This document shows, piece after piece, positions 9,845-18,088 of a stretch of 64,000 nt of DNA. The notes under the pieces are model-generated. The model saw only the letters and a list, made by a program, of their open reading frames with translations. It did no database searches and was not told the DNA's origin. The position numbers and the translations under genes are program-made. The first letter of the stretch is position 1. Every line of letters starts with the position of its first letter. The DNA comes from Candidatus Poribacteria bacterium (GTDB taxonomy: Bacteria; Poribacteria; WGA-4E; WGA-3G), in the NCBI GenBank assembly GCA_965198235.1, contig OZ240248.1, forward strand, positions 4,288,001-4,352,000, given 5' to 3'.

Positions 9845-10095
9845 AAACAATAACACACAGAGGATTTACAGCAGAAATCATCTATAGTCAAGAAGATGAG
9901 TGTTTTGTGGGCCATGTTGTCGATCCTAGTGATGATATTATAGGTTTCCACGGAAACACAGATGCTGAGTTGCGTGCTGCCTTTGAAGACGTAGTGGATC
10001 TTCACATCAAGGTCAAAGAGCAACCAGAAAATCCGTCGCAAAAGCACGTCGCTAGCAGGATCCTAGCACGCCTACGACAAGCCTTCAATTTGTAG
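9841..10095 (+). CDS. hicB: HicB-family antitoxin, short form, copy 1
   Basis: HRGFTAEIIYSQEDECFVGHV..IIGFHG..ELRAAFEDVVD; lacks usual C-terminal DNA-binding domain. Confidence 0.8.
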   Translation: MKTITHRGFTAEIIYSQEDECFVGHVVDPSDDIIGFHGNTDAELRAAFEDVVDLHIKVKEQPENPSQKHVASRILARLRQAFNL

Positions 10096-10240
10096 CAGAG
10101 ACCCACACCGCTCGTTCTTGAGAAGTAATTTTATTGGACCAAGTACAGATGTGGTTACTGCCTTACCGGCTTTTCTGATGCAAATACAGTATACCTTTCA
10201 TAATTCAGCCAGAGGTAGTGCTTGTGAGCGGAAGGCAGCC

Positions 10241-12187
10241 ATGTCAGAAAAAAGACAATCCCAAATCGGAACTGGAGCTGAAACAACCTCGCTCCTTCCG
10301 CCGCTCGCCATCGGTGTGGCTCTGATCCTTCTCAATGCATATTGGATCGCATTAGTCAGCGGTATCCACCACTCTTTGAATCCTGCCTATGCCTCTCTGT
10401 TTATCGCCCCAATCGTCAACCTCTTTTTTGCGGTGCTGATCAATACACTGCTAAAGCGGATTCGTCCACAACTCGCCCTGAGCCGTGCCCAACTTCTCTT
10501 AGTCTATCAGATGTTGGTAATGCTTTGTGTGGTCTCCGGGCACAATCCGATGGACTTCATTCTGGGAATCCTCGCGCATCCGTTCTGGTTCGCCACCTTT
10601 GAAAATGAATATGCAACCCTCTTCCATAGGTATATCCCGTCTTGGTTAACGGTTGAAGATAAAGGTGCACTCACCGGTTTCTTTGAAGGAAACTCGACCC
10701 TATACACACCAAGACACCTGTTAGCATGGATAGGTCCTGTGCTGCTCTGGTCGTTTGTCACGTTCATCCTCTTTTTCATTTTGATGTGTTTCAACAGCAT
10801 CCAGCGTTTGCAGTGGAGCGAACGGGAACGACTCAGCTATCCGATTGCACAACTCCCTATAGAGATGACCACCCCACGTTTTTTTTCAAGAAGATTACTG
10901 TGGCTGGGGTTCAGCATCTGTGCAGTGATAGAACTCCTCAACGGACTCCACTTCCTTTACCCCTTTGTGCCCGGCGTGCCTCTCAAAATACCCGACTTTG
11001 GGGCGACACTCTTTACGACGAAACCTTGGAGCGCGATTGGATGGTTACCCCTCTTCTTTTACCCTTGGGTCATCGCGCTGACGTTTTTCGTGCCGCTCGA
11101 ACTCTCGTTTTCAGTCTGGTTCTTTTTTCTGTTTACAAAATTTCAGTTGATTGTAGGGAGCATCGGCGGCTGGAAATCGCTGCAAGGTTTTCCGTATTAC
11201 AATCAACAAGGAATTGGCGCGTGGTTGACGCTCGCGATTCTAATCCTATGGACAAGCCGTAAGCACCTCAAAACAGTATTTACTACAGCTTTGAAGTCCT
11301 CTGACAACGGCATCGCCGCTCACAAAAACGAACCGTTTCAATATCGCACCGCTCTACTCGGCATCTTAGTCGGCACAACAATCCTCGTTATCATCTTCCA
11401 TCAGGCGGGTATGTCTGTCGGAATTCTCCTCGCCTTTCTATGTCTCTACTTCCTCATGTCCATCGCCATAACGTATGCAAGGGCAGCAGTCGGTGTGCCA
11501 TATCATGAAGTCATTTGGACGCATCCACAACTGATGATCGTCTCGGTTTTAGGGGTCCGACGGACGGGTGCGGCGAACCTGACACTTTTCTCTTTTTTGT
11601 ATCCCTACGTTCGCGACAACGTCTCGCATCCAATGCCGAGTCAGTTAGAAGGGTTCAAAATGGCGGAGCGCGCACCAGTTTCGCAGAAAAAGATGGCGAT
11701 CGTTATGATAGTCGCCCTATTGGTTGCCACCCCTGTCTCTTTCTGGGCATATTTGCATCTCATCTATCAACACGGTGCCGTGCGAACTGAGGGGTACATT
11801 ATCGGTATCGGCATTGAAACTTTTGAACGTTTGCTACTGCCGTGGTTACAACAACCCCATGCTACAGATAGCACAGGATTGAGTTTCACGGCATTCGCCT
11901 CGCTGTTCACGTTGGGATTAATGTTCCTGAGAAGACAGTTTATTTGGTTTCCTTTCCACCCAACGGGCTACGCACTCGGTTTATCAGCAGGAATGGTTTG
12001 GGTCTGGAGCGCAATCTGTGTCGGTTGGATCATCAAGGCGGTCCTACTCAAATTCGGGGGGTTGCGAATCTATCGGAAGGCTGCCCCATTCTTTGTTGGG
12101 GTGATTTTGGGTGACTTTCTGACCGGAACGTTTTGGAGTTTAGTGGGTGCCATTTTCGGGATACCAGTATATCGGGTCTGGTATTAA
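10241..12187 (+). CDS. DUF6785/DUF6784-type polytopic membrane protein (putative transporter)
   Basis: QWSERERLSYPIAQLP and WFPFHPTGY motifs, many TM helices. Confidence 0.7.
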   Translation: MSEKRQSQIGTGAETTSLLPPLAIGVALILLNAYWIALVSGIHHSLNPAYASLFIAPIVNLFFAVLINTLLKRIRPQLALSRAQLLLVYQMLVMLCVVSGHNPMDFILGILAHPFWFATFENEYATLFHRYIPSWLTVEDKGALTGFFEGNSTLYTPRHLLAWIGPVLLWSFVTFILFFILMCFNSIQRLQWSERERLSYPIAQLPIEMTTPRFFSRRLLWLGFSICAVIELLNGLHFLYPFVPGVPLKIPDFGATLFTTKPWSAIGWLPLFFYPWVIALTFFVPLELSFSVWFFFLFTKFQLIVGSIGGWKSLQGFPYYNQQGIGAWLTLAILILWTSRKHLKTVFTTALKSSDNGIAAHKNEPFQYRTALLGILVGTTILVIIFHQAGMSVGILLAFLCLYFLMSIAITYARAAVGVPYHEVIWTHPQLMIVSVLGVRRTGAANLTLFSFLYPYVRDNVSHPMPSQLEGFKMAERAPVSQKKMAIVMIVALLVATPVSFWAYLHLIYQHGAVRTEGYIIGIGIETFERLLLPWLQQPHATDSTGLSFTAFASLFTLGLMFLRRQFIWFPFHPTGYALGLSAGMVWVWSAICVGWIIKAVLLKFGGLRIYRKAAPFFVGVILGDFLTGTFWSLVGAIFGIPVYRVWY

Positions 12188-12259
12188 CATCATAACAGAT
12201 ATGACACAATTTCTCCAACCCAACTCACTCTACTCTTCTGGTAAACTCAAATTTTTAAG

Positions 12260-12288
12260 TTGACACTTCAACCGGTATATGGTAAAGT
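12260..12288 (+). promoter_or_regulatory. Sigma70 promoter of hicAB copy 2
   Basis: TTGACA-17-TAAAGT preceded by TG. Confidence 0.55.
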
Positions 12289-12318
12289 TAAGAGTCAAAG
12301 TACACCCACGGTTAGCGT

Positions 12319-12585
12319 ATGAATGTCCGTCTAAACAAAAAGCATCAAAAAACACTGGAGGCTATTTTTGGTACACAAATCCCATCCACGTTGCAGTGGC
12401 GGCGGATTGAAGCCCTTTTCGCAGCACTTGGTGCGACAAAAAAGGAGAGAAAAGGCTCTGGTGTAGTTTTTCAACTGAACGAAAAAAGAGTTACATTCCA
12501 CGTCCCTCCTCCTCGGAAAGAAGCACAACGGTACCAAATTAGGCGCGCACGAAATTTTCTAGAAGAAGTAGGAATAACTCCATGA
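12319..12585 (+). CDS. hicA: HicA-family toxin, copy 2
   Basis: Clear paralogue of 9584-9844; FHRPH changed to FHVPP. Confidence 0.8.
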   Translation: MNVRLNKKHQKTLEAIFGTQIPSTLQWRRIEALFAALGATKKERKGSGVVFQLNEKRVTFHVPPPRKEAQRYQIRRARNFLEEVGITP

Positions 12586-12833
12586 AGACAATGACATACA
12601 AGGGATATACTGCTGAAATCCACTACAGTGACGAAGATGGTTTTTTCGTCGGCGATGTTGTGGGCATTGACAATATCATTTGTTTCCACGGAAATACCGA
12701 CGAAGAACTACGTATTGCTTTTGAAGACGTGGTAGATCTCTATATTGAGGCACTGGAGGAACCAGAGAATCCGCCGCAAAAGCACTATGCGTGGAGGCTT
12801 CTGTCGCGTCTACGTCAAGCATTCCATCTATAA
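12582..12833 (+). CDS. hicB: HicB-family antitoxin, short form, copy 2
   Basis: YKGYTAEIHYSDEDGFFVG; paralogue of 9841-10095. Confidence 0.8.
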   Translation: MKTMTYKGYTAEIHYSDEDGFFVGDVVGIDNIICFHGNTDEELRIAFEDVVDLYIEALEEPENPPQKHYAWRLLSRLRQAFHL

Positions 12834-12893
12834 AAGCAGAGGGTTTGCTCCGTCCATTATCGGAATAAAACCACGAAAATAAGGAATTTACCG

Positions 12894-13592
12894 GTGAAAA
12901 CATGTCTCATTGTTTTTGCTAAGAATCCGGTGCCGAACCAAGTCAAGACGAGGCTCGTCCCAACCCTCTCACCGGAACAAGCGGCAACATTGTATACGGC
13001 GTTCCTCACAGATTGGTGCGAAACACTCGCCAAACTCCGCGGTGTGGACCTAATCATCGCCTATACACCCGCAGAGGCACGCCACGATTTACAAGCGTTA
13101 ATCGGAGACGACACCATCTACATCCCGCAAATAGGCACTGACCTCGGGGAACGACTCGCCTCAGCAACACAGTGGGCAGCCGAACACAGATACACGAAGA
13201 TTTTACTCGTCGGGTCCGATAGCCCGACACTACCGATTTCATATATCTCAAAAGCATTTACACTGCTCGACTCGCGGGACATCGCCATCGGACCGAGTAC
13301 AGATGGCGGTTATTACCTCATCGGCTTTTCTGTGGATACCTTGGAAACAACAGTCCCTCACATATTTGAGGAAATCGCGTGGAGCACAGCGGATGTTTTT
13401 CAACAAACCGTAGCAAGTATCCGTTCGCTAAAGGCAACCTTAGGGCTCCTACCGCCGTGGTATGATATAGATACGGCTGAAGATTTGGCGTTTCTGCACG
13501 CACACATATCAGCGATGCGACTCGCGGGCGAAACAATCCAAGCCGTCAGAACAGAATCTCTACTGACAGATTTTCTAACTATGGGAATCTGA
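12894..13592 (+). CDS. DUF2064/TIGR04282 family glycosyltransferase-like (CofC-like) protein
   Basis: FAKNPVPNQVKTRL, QIGTDLGERL, GSDSPTL, GPSTDGGYYLIG, DIDTAEDL. Confidence 0.85.
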   Translation: MKTCLIVFAKNPVPNQVKTRLVPTLSPEQAATLYTAFLTDWCETLAKLRGVDLIIAYTPAEARHDLQALIGDDTIYIPQIGTDLGERLASATQWAAEHRYTKILLVGSDSPTLPISYISKAFTLLDSRDIAIGPSTDGGYYLIGFSVDTLETTVPHIFEEIAWSTADVFQQTVASIRSLKATLGLLPPWYDIDTAEDLAFLHAHISAMRLAGETIQAVRTESLLTDFLTMGI

Positions 13593-13734
13593 GCTGTGCT
13601 CCATTACATTCCGCACAGGTTTGTGTTAAAGTTGCCAACCTTTTGAAAGGTCCAGAGGTTCTCGCCTGAGCTGAAACCATCGTGGAACGATGCTCAGATT
13701 TGATAAGTTAAAAAAAGGAAAAGGAGAATTAATA

Positions 13735-14466
13735 ATGGGACAATTAGATGGAAAATTTGCAATTGTGACCGGTGGAAACAGGGGAATCGGAAGAGGGATT
13801 GCGAGAGGGCTTGCCGCTGAGGGAGCAAATCTCACAATCGCCGCAAGGGACGCGGATCTCCTTGAAGAAACCGCTAACGAATTCCGCGCAAACGGCACCA
13901 AAGTGTTGACTGTCCCCACCGATGTAACGGACGAGGAACAGATCAAAGCACTCTTTGAAAAAGCGATGGACGAGTACGGTCGTTTGGACATCCTCGTAAA
14001 TAACGCAGGGGCATTCAATGGGGGTCCCATAGGTGAACTCGCAACGGAGGATTGGGATTGGGTTATTAATGTAAATCTCCGTGCGCCGTTTATCTGCACA
14101 CGCGAGGCATTTGCAATTATGAAGGCACAAGGTGAAGGTGGACGTATCATCAACGTCGGGAGTATCTCTGCCCATCGTGTCCGGCCCCGTACAGCCCCCT
14201 ACAGTGCCAGCAAATTCGGCATCTGGGGACTAACACAGGTGACAGCATTAGAGGGAAGACCTTACGGTATCACAGCGGGTTGTTTGCAACCCGGTAACAC
14301 CTATGTAGAGCGACATCAGAACCGTCCACAGGAACCTATGGAACCGATGATGGACGTTGATGATCTCGCGCAAGCCGCTGTTCTCATGGCGACGCTCCCG
14401 CCGAATATCAATATGTTGGAAGCAACAGTCCTGCCGATCGGTCAACTTTATGTCGGACGAGGATAA
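13735..14466 (+). CDS. Short-chain dehydrogenase/reductase
   Basis: TGGNRGIG, NNAG, YSASK; AGGAG RBS before ATG 13735. Confidence 0.9.
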   Translation: MGQLDGKFAIVTGGNRGIGRGIARGLAAEGANLTIAARDADLLEETANEFRANGTKVLTVPTDVTDEEQIKALFEKAMDEYGRLDILVNNAGAFNGGPIGELATEDWDWVINVNLRAPFICTREAFAIMKAQGEGGRIINVGSISAHRVRPRTAPYSASKFGIWGLTQVTALEGRPYGITAGCLQPGNTYVERHQNRPQEPMEPMMDVDDLAQAAVLMATLPPNINMLEATVLPIGQLYVGRG

Positions 14467-14486
14467 CGCATAACCGGAGACAAATT

Positions 14487-15707
14487 ATGAAAGTCAACCG
14501 GACCCAATTTATGGAAGAAGGGTATCTCGTTTTCCGAGAGGTGGTCCCGCCGGAAGAACTGGACGCGCTTCGGGAAAGTTATGAATTAATGGTATCGCGC
14601 CAGCGAGAAATCTGGGCGAGAGAACGCGGACCGAACGAACCACCGGGTGGTGTATGGGAGACTTCGCCACAACCGCGTCTACAACTCGGACACAACCCAC
14701 TCGCAGGGCTCGTCGATGAAAAAACAGCAAGTGCTGTCGAAATCTGGGCACACGAGAACATGCAAGGGGTCAGCAGTGAACTGCTCGGTGAGGAAGACGC
14801 AGGCGTTACTGAGATGATGCTCATGTGCAGTCCAGTCAAAGACTGTGGACCCGCCACTTGGCATCGCGACCATCATCCTATTGATACCGCCCCCTTACAA
14901 GGCTATATCGACGATATTGTGGAGACGGGACCTCGCTACGTTCAGTGGAATCTCTCACTCTACGACGATAACGTACTGTGGGTGCTACCCGGCAGTCATC
15001 TGCGGGTGAATACTGAGGAAGAAAACGAGCGGCTGTTGGCAGATCCGAAAGTGCCGTTACCCGGTGCTGTTCAAACGCACCTCAACGCTGGTGACGGTGC
15101 CGTTTACATTCTGCCGATCTTGCATTGGGGAAGCAACTATAGTCGGAAGATGCGCCGCACGATTCACGGGGGGTTTTCAAACCACACCCACTATCAAGCA
15201 TTTGACTACATAGATTATCTGTCACCGGAAGTGCGAGAGATGTTCGATCGGTGGCACGAGCGCAGTCATCAGATGCTGGTATGGACGGATAATGCTCTTC
15301 GAGCTGCTATAGAAAAGGATGCCGCTGCCTACCACACGGCACTTGAAAACCTACATCCGGGCAGAGGTGAAAAGGGGAAGATGCTCTCAACCGTCTTTTT
15401 GTGCAAAGCCGCCTGTTTCGTGGCACTCAAACACGGCTATGAACTCCCAGAAATCCCAGATGACCTTCGGAATCGTGGCAAGAGCTTCCACGCAATCACC
15501 CTCAATTGGGGACCCCCCTTCGCCGAACGATTCACGAAAGAAGAAGCAGCTACGTTGTGGAAAAGGTTTAAGCCGCTTGACGCGCTACTCAAAACCGACG
15601 AAGAACTGTATCTACCGGGTTTTCAATCCGGTCCGATGCATTACTATTTCAATGAGATGCCCGCTAATTTCGGTGTCGCAGACTTCATTAAAACGTGGGA
15701 GTTATAG
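14487..15707 (+). CDS. Phytanoyl-CoA dioxygenase family (Fe/2OG) protein
   Basis: FMEEGYL, WHRD, VLPGSH, LHWG motifs. Confidence 0.85.
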   Translation: MKVNRTQFMEEGYLVFREVVPPEELDALRESYELMVSRQREIWARERGPNEPPGGVWETSPQPRLQLGHNPLAGLVDEKTASAVEIWAHENMQGVSSELLGEEDAGVTEMMLMCSPVKDCGPATWHRDHHPIDTAPLQGYIDDIVETGPRYVQWNLSLYDDNVLWVLPGSHLRVNTEEENERLLADPKVPLPGAVQTHLNAGDGAVYILPILHWGSNYSRKMRRTIHGGFSNHTHYQAFDYIDYLSPEVREMFDRWHERSHQMLVWTDNALRAAIEKDAAAYHTALENLHPGRGEKGKMLSTVFLCKAACFVALKHGYELPEIPDDLRNRGKSFHAITLNWGPPFAERFTKEEAATLWKRFKPLDALLKTDEELYLPGFQSGPMHYYFNEMPANFGVADFIKTWEL

Positions 15708-16496
15708 CGGTAAACCGAGCATCCCGCTGAGATAGAAATAAGCTTCCTCGGTATAGCGCGGCAGATTTTCTGGATCTTCAACTTCCAACTCCAACGTCAG
15801 GTCGCCTTGGTAGCCGACTTCTTGGAGCGTTTCGATAATCTGTTTGAGCTTGAGTTCACCACGCCCAATACCGACAGATACGGTGCCGAGATGATCCTTG
15901 AGATGCACTGCATAGATACGGGAACTGAATTGACGAATTGCGGCAAGTGTGTCGACACCCGACGAGTGAAAATGTCCTGTATCTATGCAGACCCCTACTC
16001 TTTCGTCGGGAATAGCGTCTAAAACCGTTTGGAAATCCTCCGGTTGTTCAAGCACATTCCCGTGATGTGGTTCAAGCGTCAACTTGATTTGACTCTCTGC
16101 TGGCATGCGCTGTAACACTTCGCTCACGCAGGAGGCAACCCTGTCCAATGCACCGGGTTCTGTTCTCGGTTGTGCCCCACTCGTTGTCAGGTGTGTTGCA
16201 CCGAGTCCTTCGGCGACCTCAACACATCTCGCGATCGCCCCTGCGCGTGCGTCAACATCGGCACTGTCCTGTCCACCCCATCCGGGTGGATAGAGTCCTG
16301 CACACTTCATACCGGATGCGTCAACCTTTGCCTTCATATCGTCTATGTCAAGAGCATGAGCAGCGTCAACACTCCAGATGAGCGGTCCATGAATTTCCAT
16401 CAGTCGGTAGCCGATCTGTGGTGCGTATTCCAAAGTTGCGGCGACCTCATCTTCGGCGTAGCCGCGGTAACAGATAGAAGCACAAATAATGTCCAT
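15702..16496 (-). CDS. Sugar phosphate isomerase/epimerase (xylose isomerase-like TIM barrel)
   Basis: LEPH, DTGHF, VHLKD, LELE metal ligands. Confidence 0.85.
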   Translation of the reverse strand: MDIICASICYRGYAEDEVAATLEYAPQIGYRLMEIHGPLIWSVDAAHALDIDDMKAKVDASGMKCAGLYPPGWGGQDSADVDARAGAIARCVEVAEGLGATHLTTSGAQPRTEPGALDRVASCVSEVLQRMPAESQIKLTLEPHHGNVLEQPEDFQTVLDAIPDERVGVCIDTGHFHSSGVDTLAAIRQFSSRIYAVHLKDHLGTVSVGIGRGELKLKQIIETLQEVGYQGDLTLELEVEDPENLPRYTEEAYFYLSGMLGLPL

Positions 16497-16533
16497 ACGT
16501 TTCAATATTGGCTTACAAACTTCGCCAATCTCC

Positions 16534-16761
16534 TTTTTAATTGTTCGCAAAGCGTTTAATTTTTTAATTGTTCGCAAAGCGTTTAATGAAGTAATTAGTC
16601 TATTGACGGTTTTCTCTCATATCCGCCTGCGCCGTTGTTGCAGGCTACCGTCTTAAGTTAATTTTCGTAACCGTAGCCCGTAACGGAGTGGAGGGCGGAG
16701 TTAAGGAGAGGATGTCTATGATTCAAATTCACGTCGTTTCCCCGCAAGGTAAAATTAAAAA
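16534..16761. repeat. Family A repeat with 27-bp tandem duplication at left end and REP doublet
   Basis: TTTTTAATTGTTCGCAAAGCGTTTAAT x2 (16534-16587); core at 16626-16650; oppositely oriented GTAGCCCGTAAC unit near 16673; right end CCGCAAGGTAAAATTAAAAA. Confidence 0.8.
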
Positions 16762-17172
16762 ATGATTCAGCAAATCGAAATAACCTTACCCGAATACCCG
16801 CGCGGTTTCCATCTCGTCACAGATGAGATTATGAAATCGCTCGATGAATTGCCGAAAGAAGGTATCCTGCACCTCTTTATTAAGCACACCTCAGCAGGTT
16901 TGACCATCAACGAAAACGCAGACCCGACGGTACGTGAAGACTTTGCCAACAGTTTCGACCGTCTCGTTAAGGAACGCGAACCGTTCTATAAACACACAAT
17001 AGAAGGCGATGACGATATGCCAGCGCATATCAAAGCGTCACTCGTCGGCTTTACCGTCTCCGTCCCAATTACCAACCATCGCCTTAATTTAGGCATATGG
17101 CAGGGCATATACTTGTGCGAATTCCGAAACAGCGGTGGCAGACGAAATCTAACAGCAACACTTTACTTTTAA
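16762..17172 (+). CDS. yjbQ: YjbQ/UPF0047 family protein
   Basis: HTSAGLTINENADP, DDMPAHIK, LGIWQGIYLCEFR. Confidence 0.92.
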   Translation: MIQQIEITLPEYPRGFHLVTDEIMKSLDELPKEGILHLFIKHTSAGLTINENADPTVREDFANSFDRLVKEREPFYKHTIEGDDDMPAHIKASLVGFTVSVPITNHRLNLGIWQGIYLCEFRNSGGRRNLTATLYF

Positions 17173-17256
17173 TTATTCCTTGCGGTTCGGTTAGGTCAAT
17201 TGGGTAAATAACGTCACTCGCCGTATATCCGCCTGCGCCGTTGTGGCAGGCTACGG
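17167..17256. repeat. Family A repeat copy
   Basis: TTTTAATTATTCCTTGCGG (17167-17185) plus core CCTGCGCCGTTGTGGCAGGCTACGG (17232-17256). Confidence 0.8.
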
Positions 17257-17298
17257 TCTCGTTGCTATATTATGGGTGGATGTCGTTCCTAAGTAGGA

Positions 17299-18060
17299 TT
17301 ACGACAAAGCACTATAGAGTTCTATATGTCGTTGCAGCACTGCATCTGAATCCGGCGGGTTAATAACCTCAATAGAGACGAACCCGTCGTATCCATCCTG
17401 TGCGAGAAGCGTAAGCGAATCTTTTTCCGTGTCTGGCAAGGGTCCACTGTCGCCGAAGTTGACATGCGCATGCCGCACTTTGCCGCGCAGATGCACATAA
17501 GCGACATTGATCGATTCCCCATGTCGAACATGATGTGCAGCGTGCCAATTCGCAAAGGTGTTCTGTGCCCCTGCTCGGTGTAAAGTCTCGGTTACGTAAC
17601 TGGCGATGAGATTGCCATGTGTCTCTAAACAGAGTGCGACCCCTGCTTCGCCTGCCAAGCCGTCGCAAGCACGAATGCCTGCCGCTTCCCAATCCAAAGT
17701 CTGGGACACCTCAACAGGTGTTTCTGGCACCCGATCCCCGAAAATCCGAATATTCTTTGCGCCCATCGTCTCGGACAAGTCAATATACCGTTTAAGTAGA
17801 TCCACCTGTTCGGCGCGTTTTTGCGCGTCCGGATCTATGAACCTCACCCCAGTCGCAATGCAGGAGAGTTCAATACCGCTATCGGCAAAGCGGCGGCGCG
17901 CATCCTGAAGTTGCTGCGGTGTTGAATCCAACTCCACGCCGTGTCCGTGATCCCATTCCACGCGGAGTTCTAAGTGTTCGTAATTGTAGTGTTTCGCTTT
18001 GTCAATGAGTTCCGCCAGTGTTAACGGCGGACACACAGACGACATAAAACCAAATCGCAT
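17299..18060 (-). CDS. Sugar phosphate isomerase/epimerase family protein
   Basis: HLELR, IRIFG, LETHG, GYDGFVSIE. Confidence 0.85.
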   Translation of the reverse strand: MRFGFMSSVCPPLTLAELIDKAKHYNYEHLELRVEWDHGHGVELDSTPQQLQDARRRFADSGIELSCIATGVRFIDPDAQKRAEQVDLLKRYIDLSETMGAKNIRIFGDRVPETPVEVSQTLDWEAAGIRACDGLAGEAGVALCLETHGNLIASYVTETLHRAGAQNTFANWHAAHHVRHGESINVAYVHLRGKVRHAHVNFGDSGPLPDTEKDSLTLLAQDGYDGFVSIEVINPPDSDAVLQRHIELYSALS

Positions 18061-18088
18061 GTAAGCCTCCAGTTTTGTTAGGTTAACC

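Noticed and set aside
13593-13700. Riboswitch upstream of the SDR
   Set aside because: Small hairpins exist (CTGAGC..GCTCAG) but I could not match any known aptamer consensus
16497-16577. N-terminal extension MRTIKKLNALRTIKK of the epimerase
   Set aside because: Arises from the 27-bp tandem duplication
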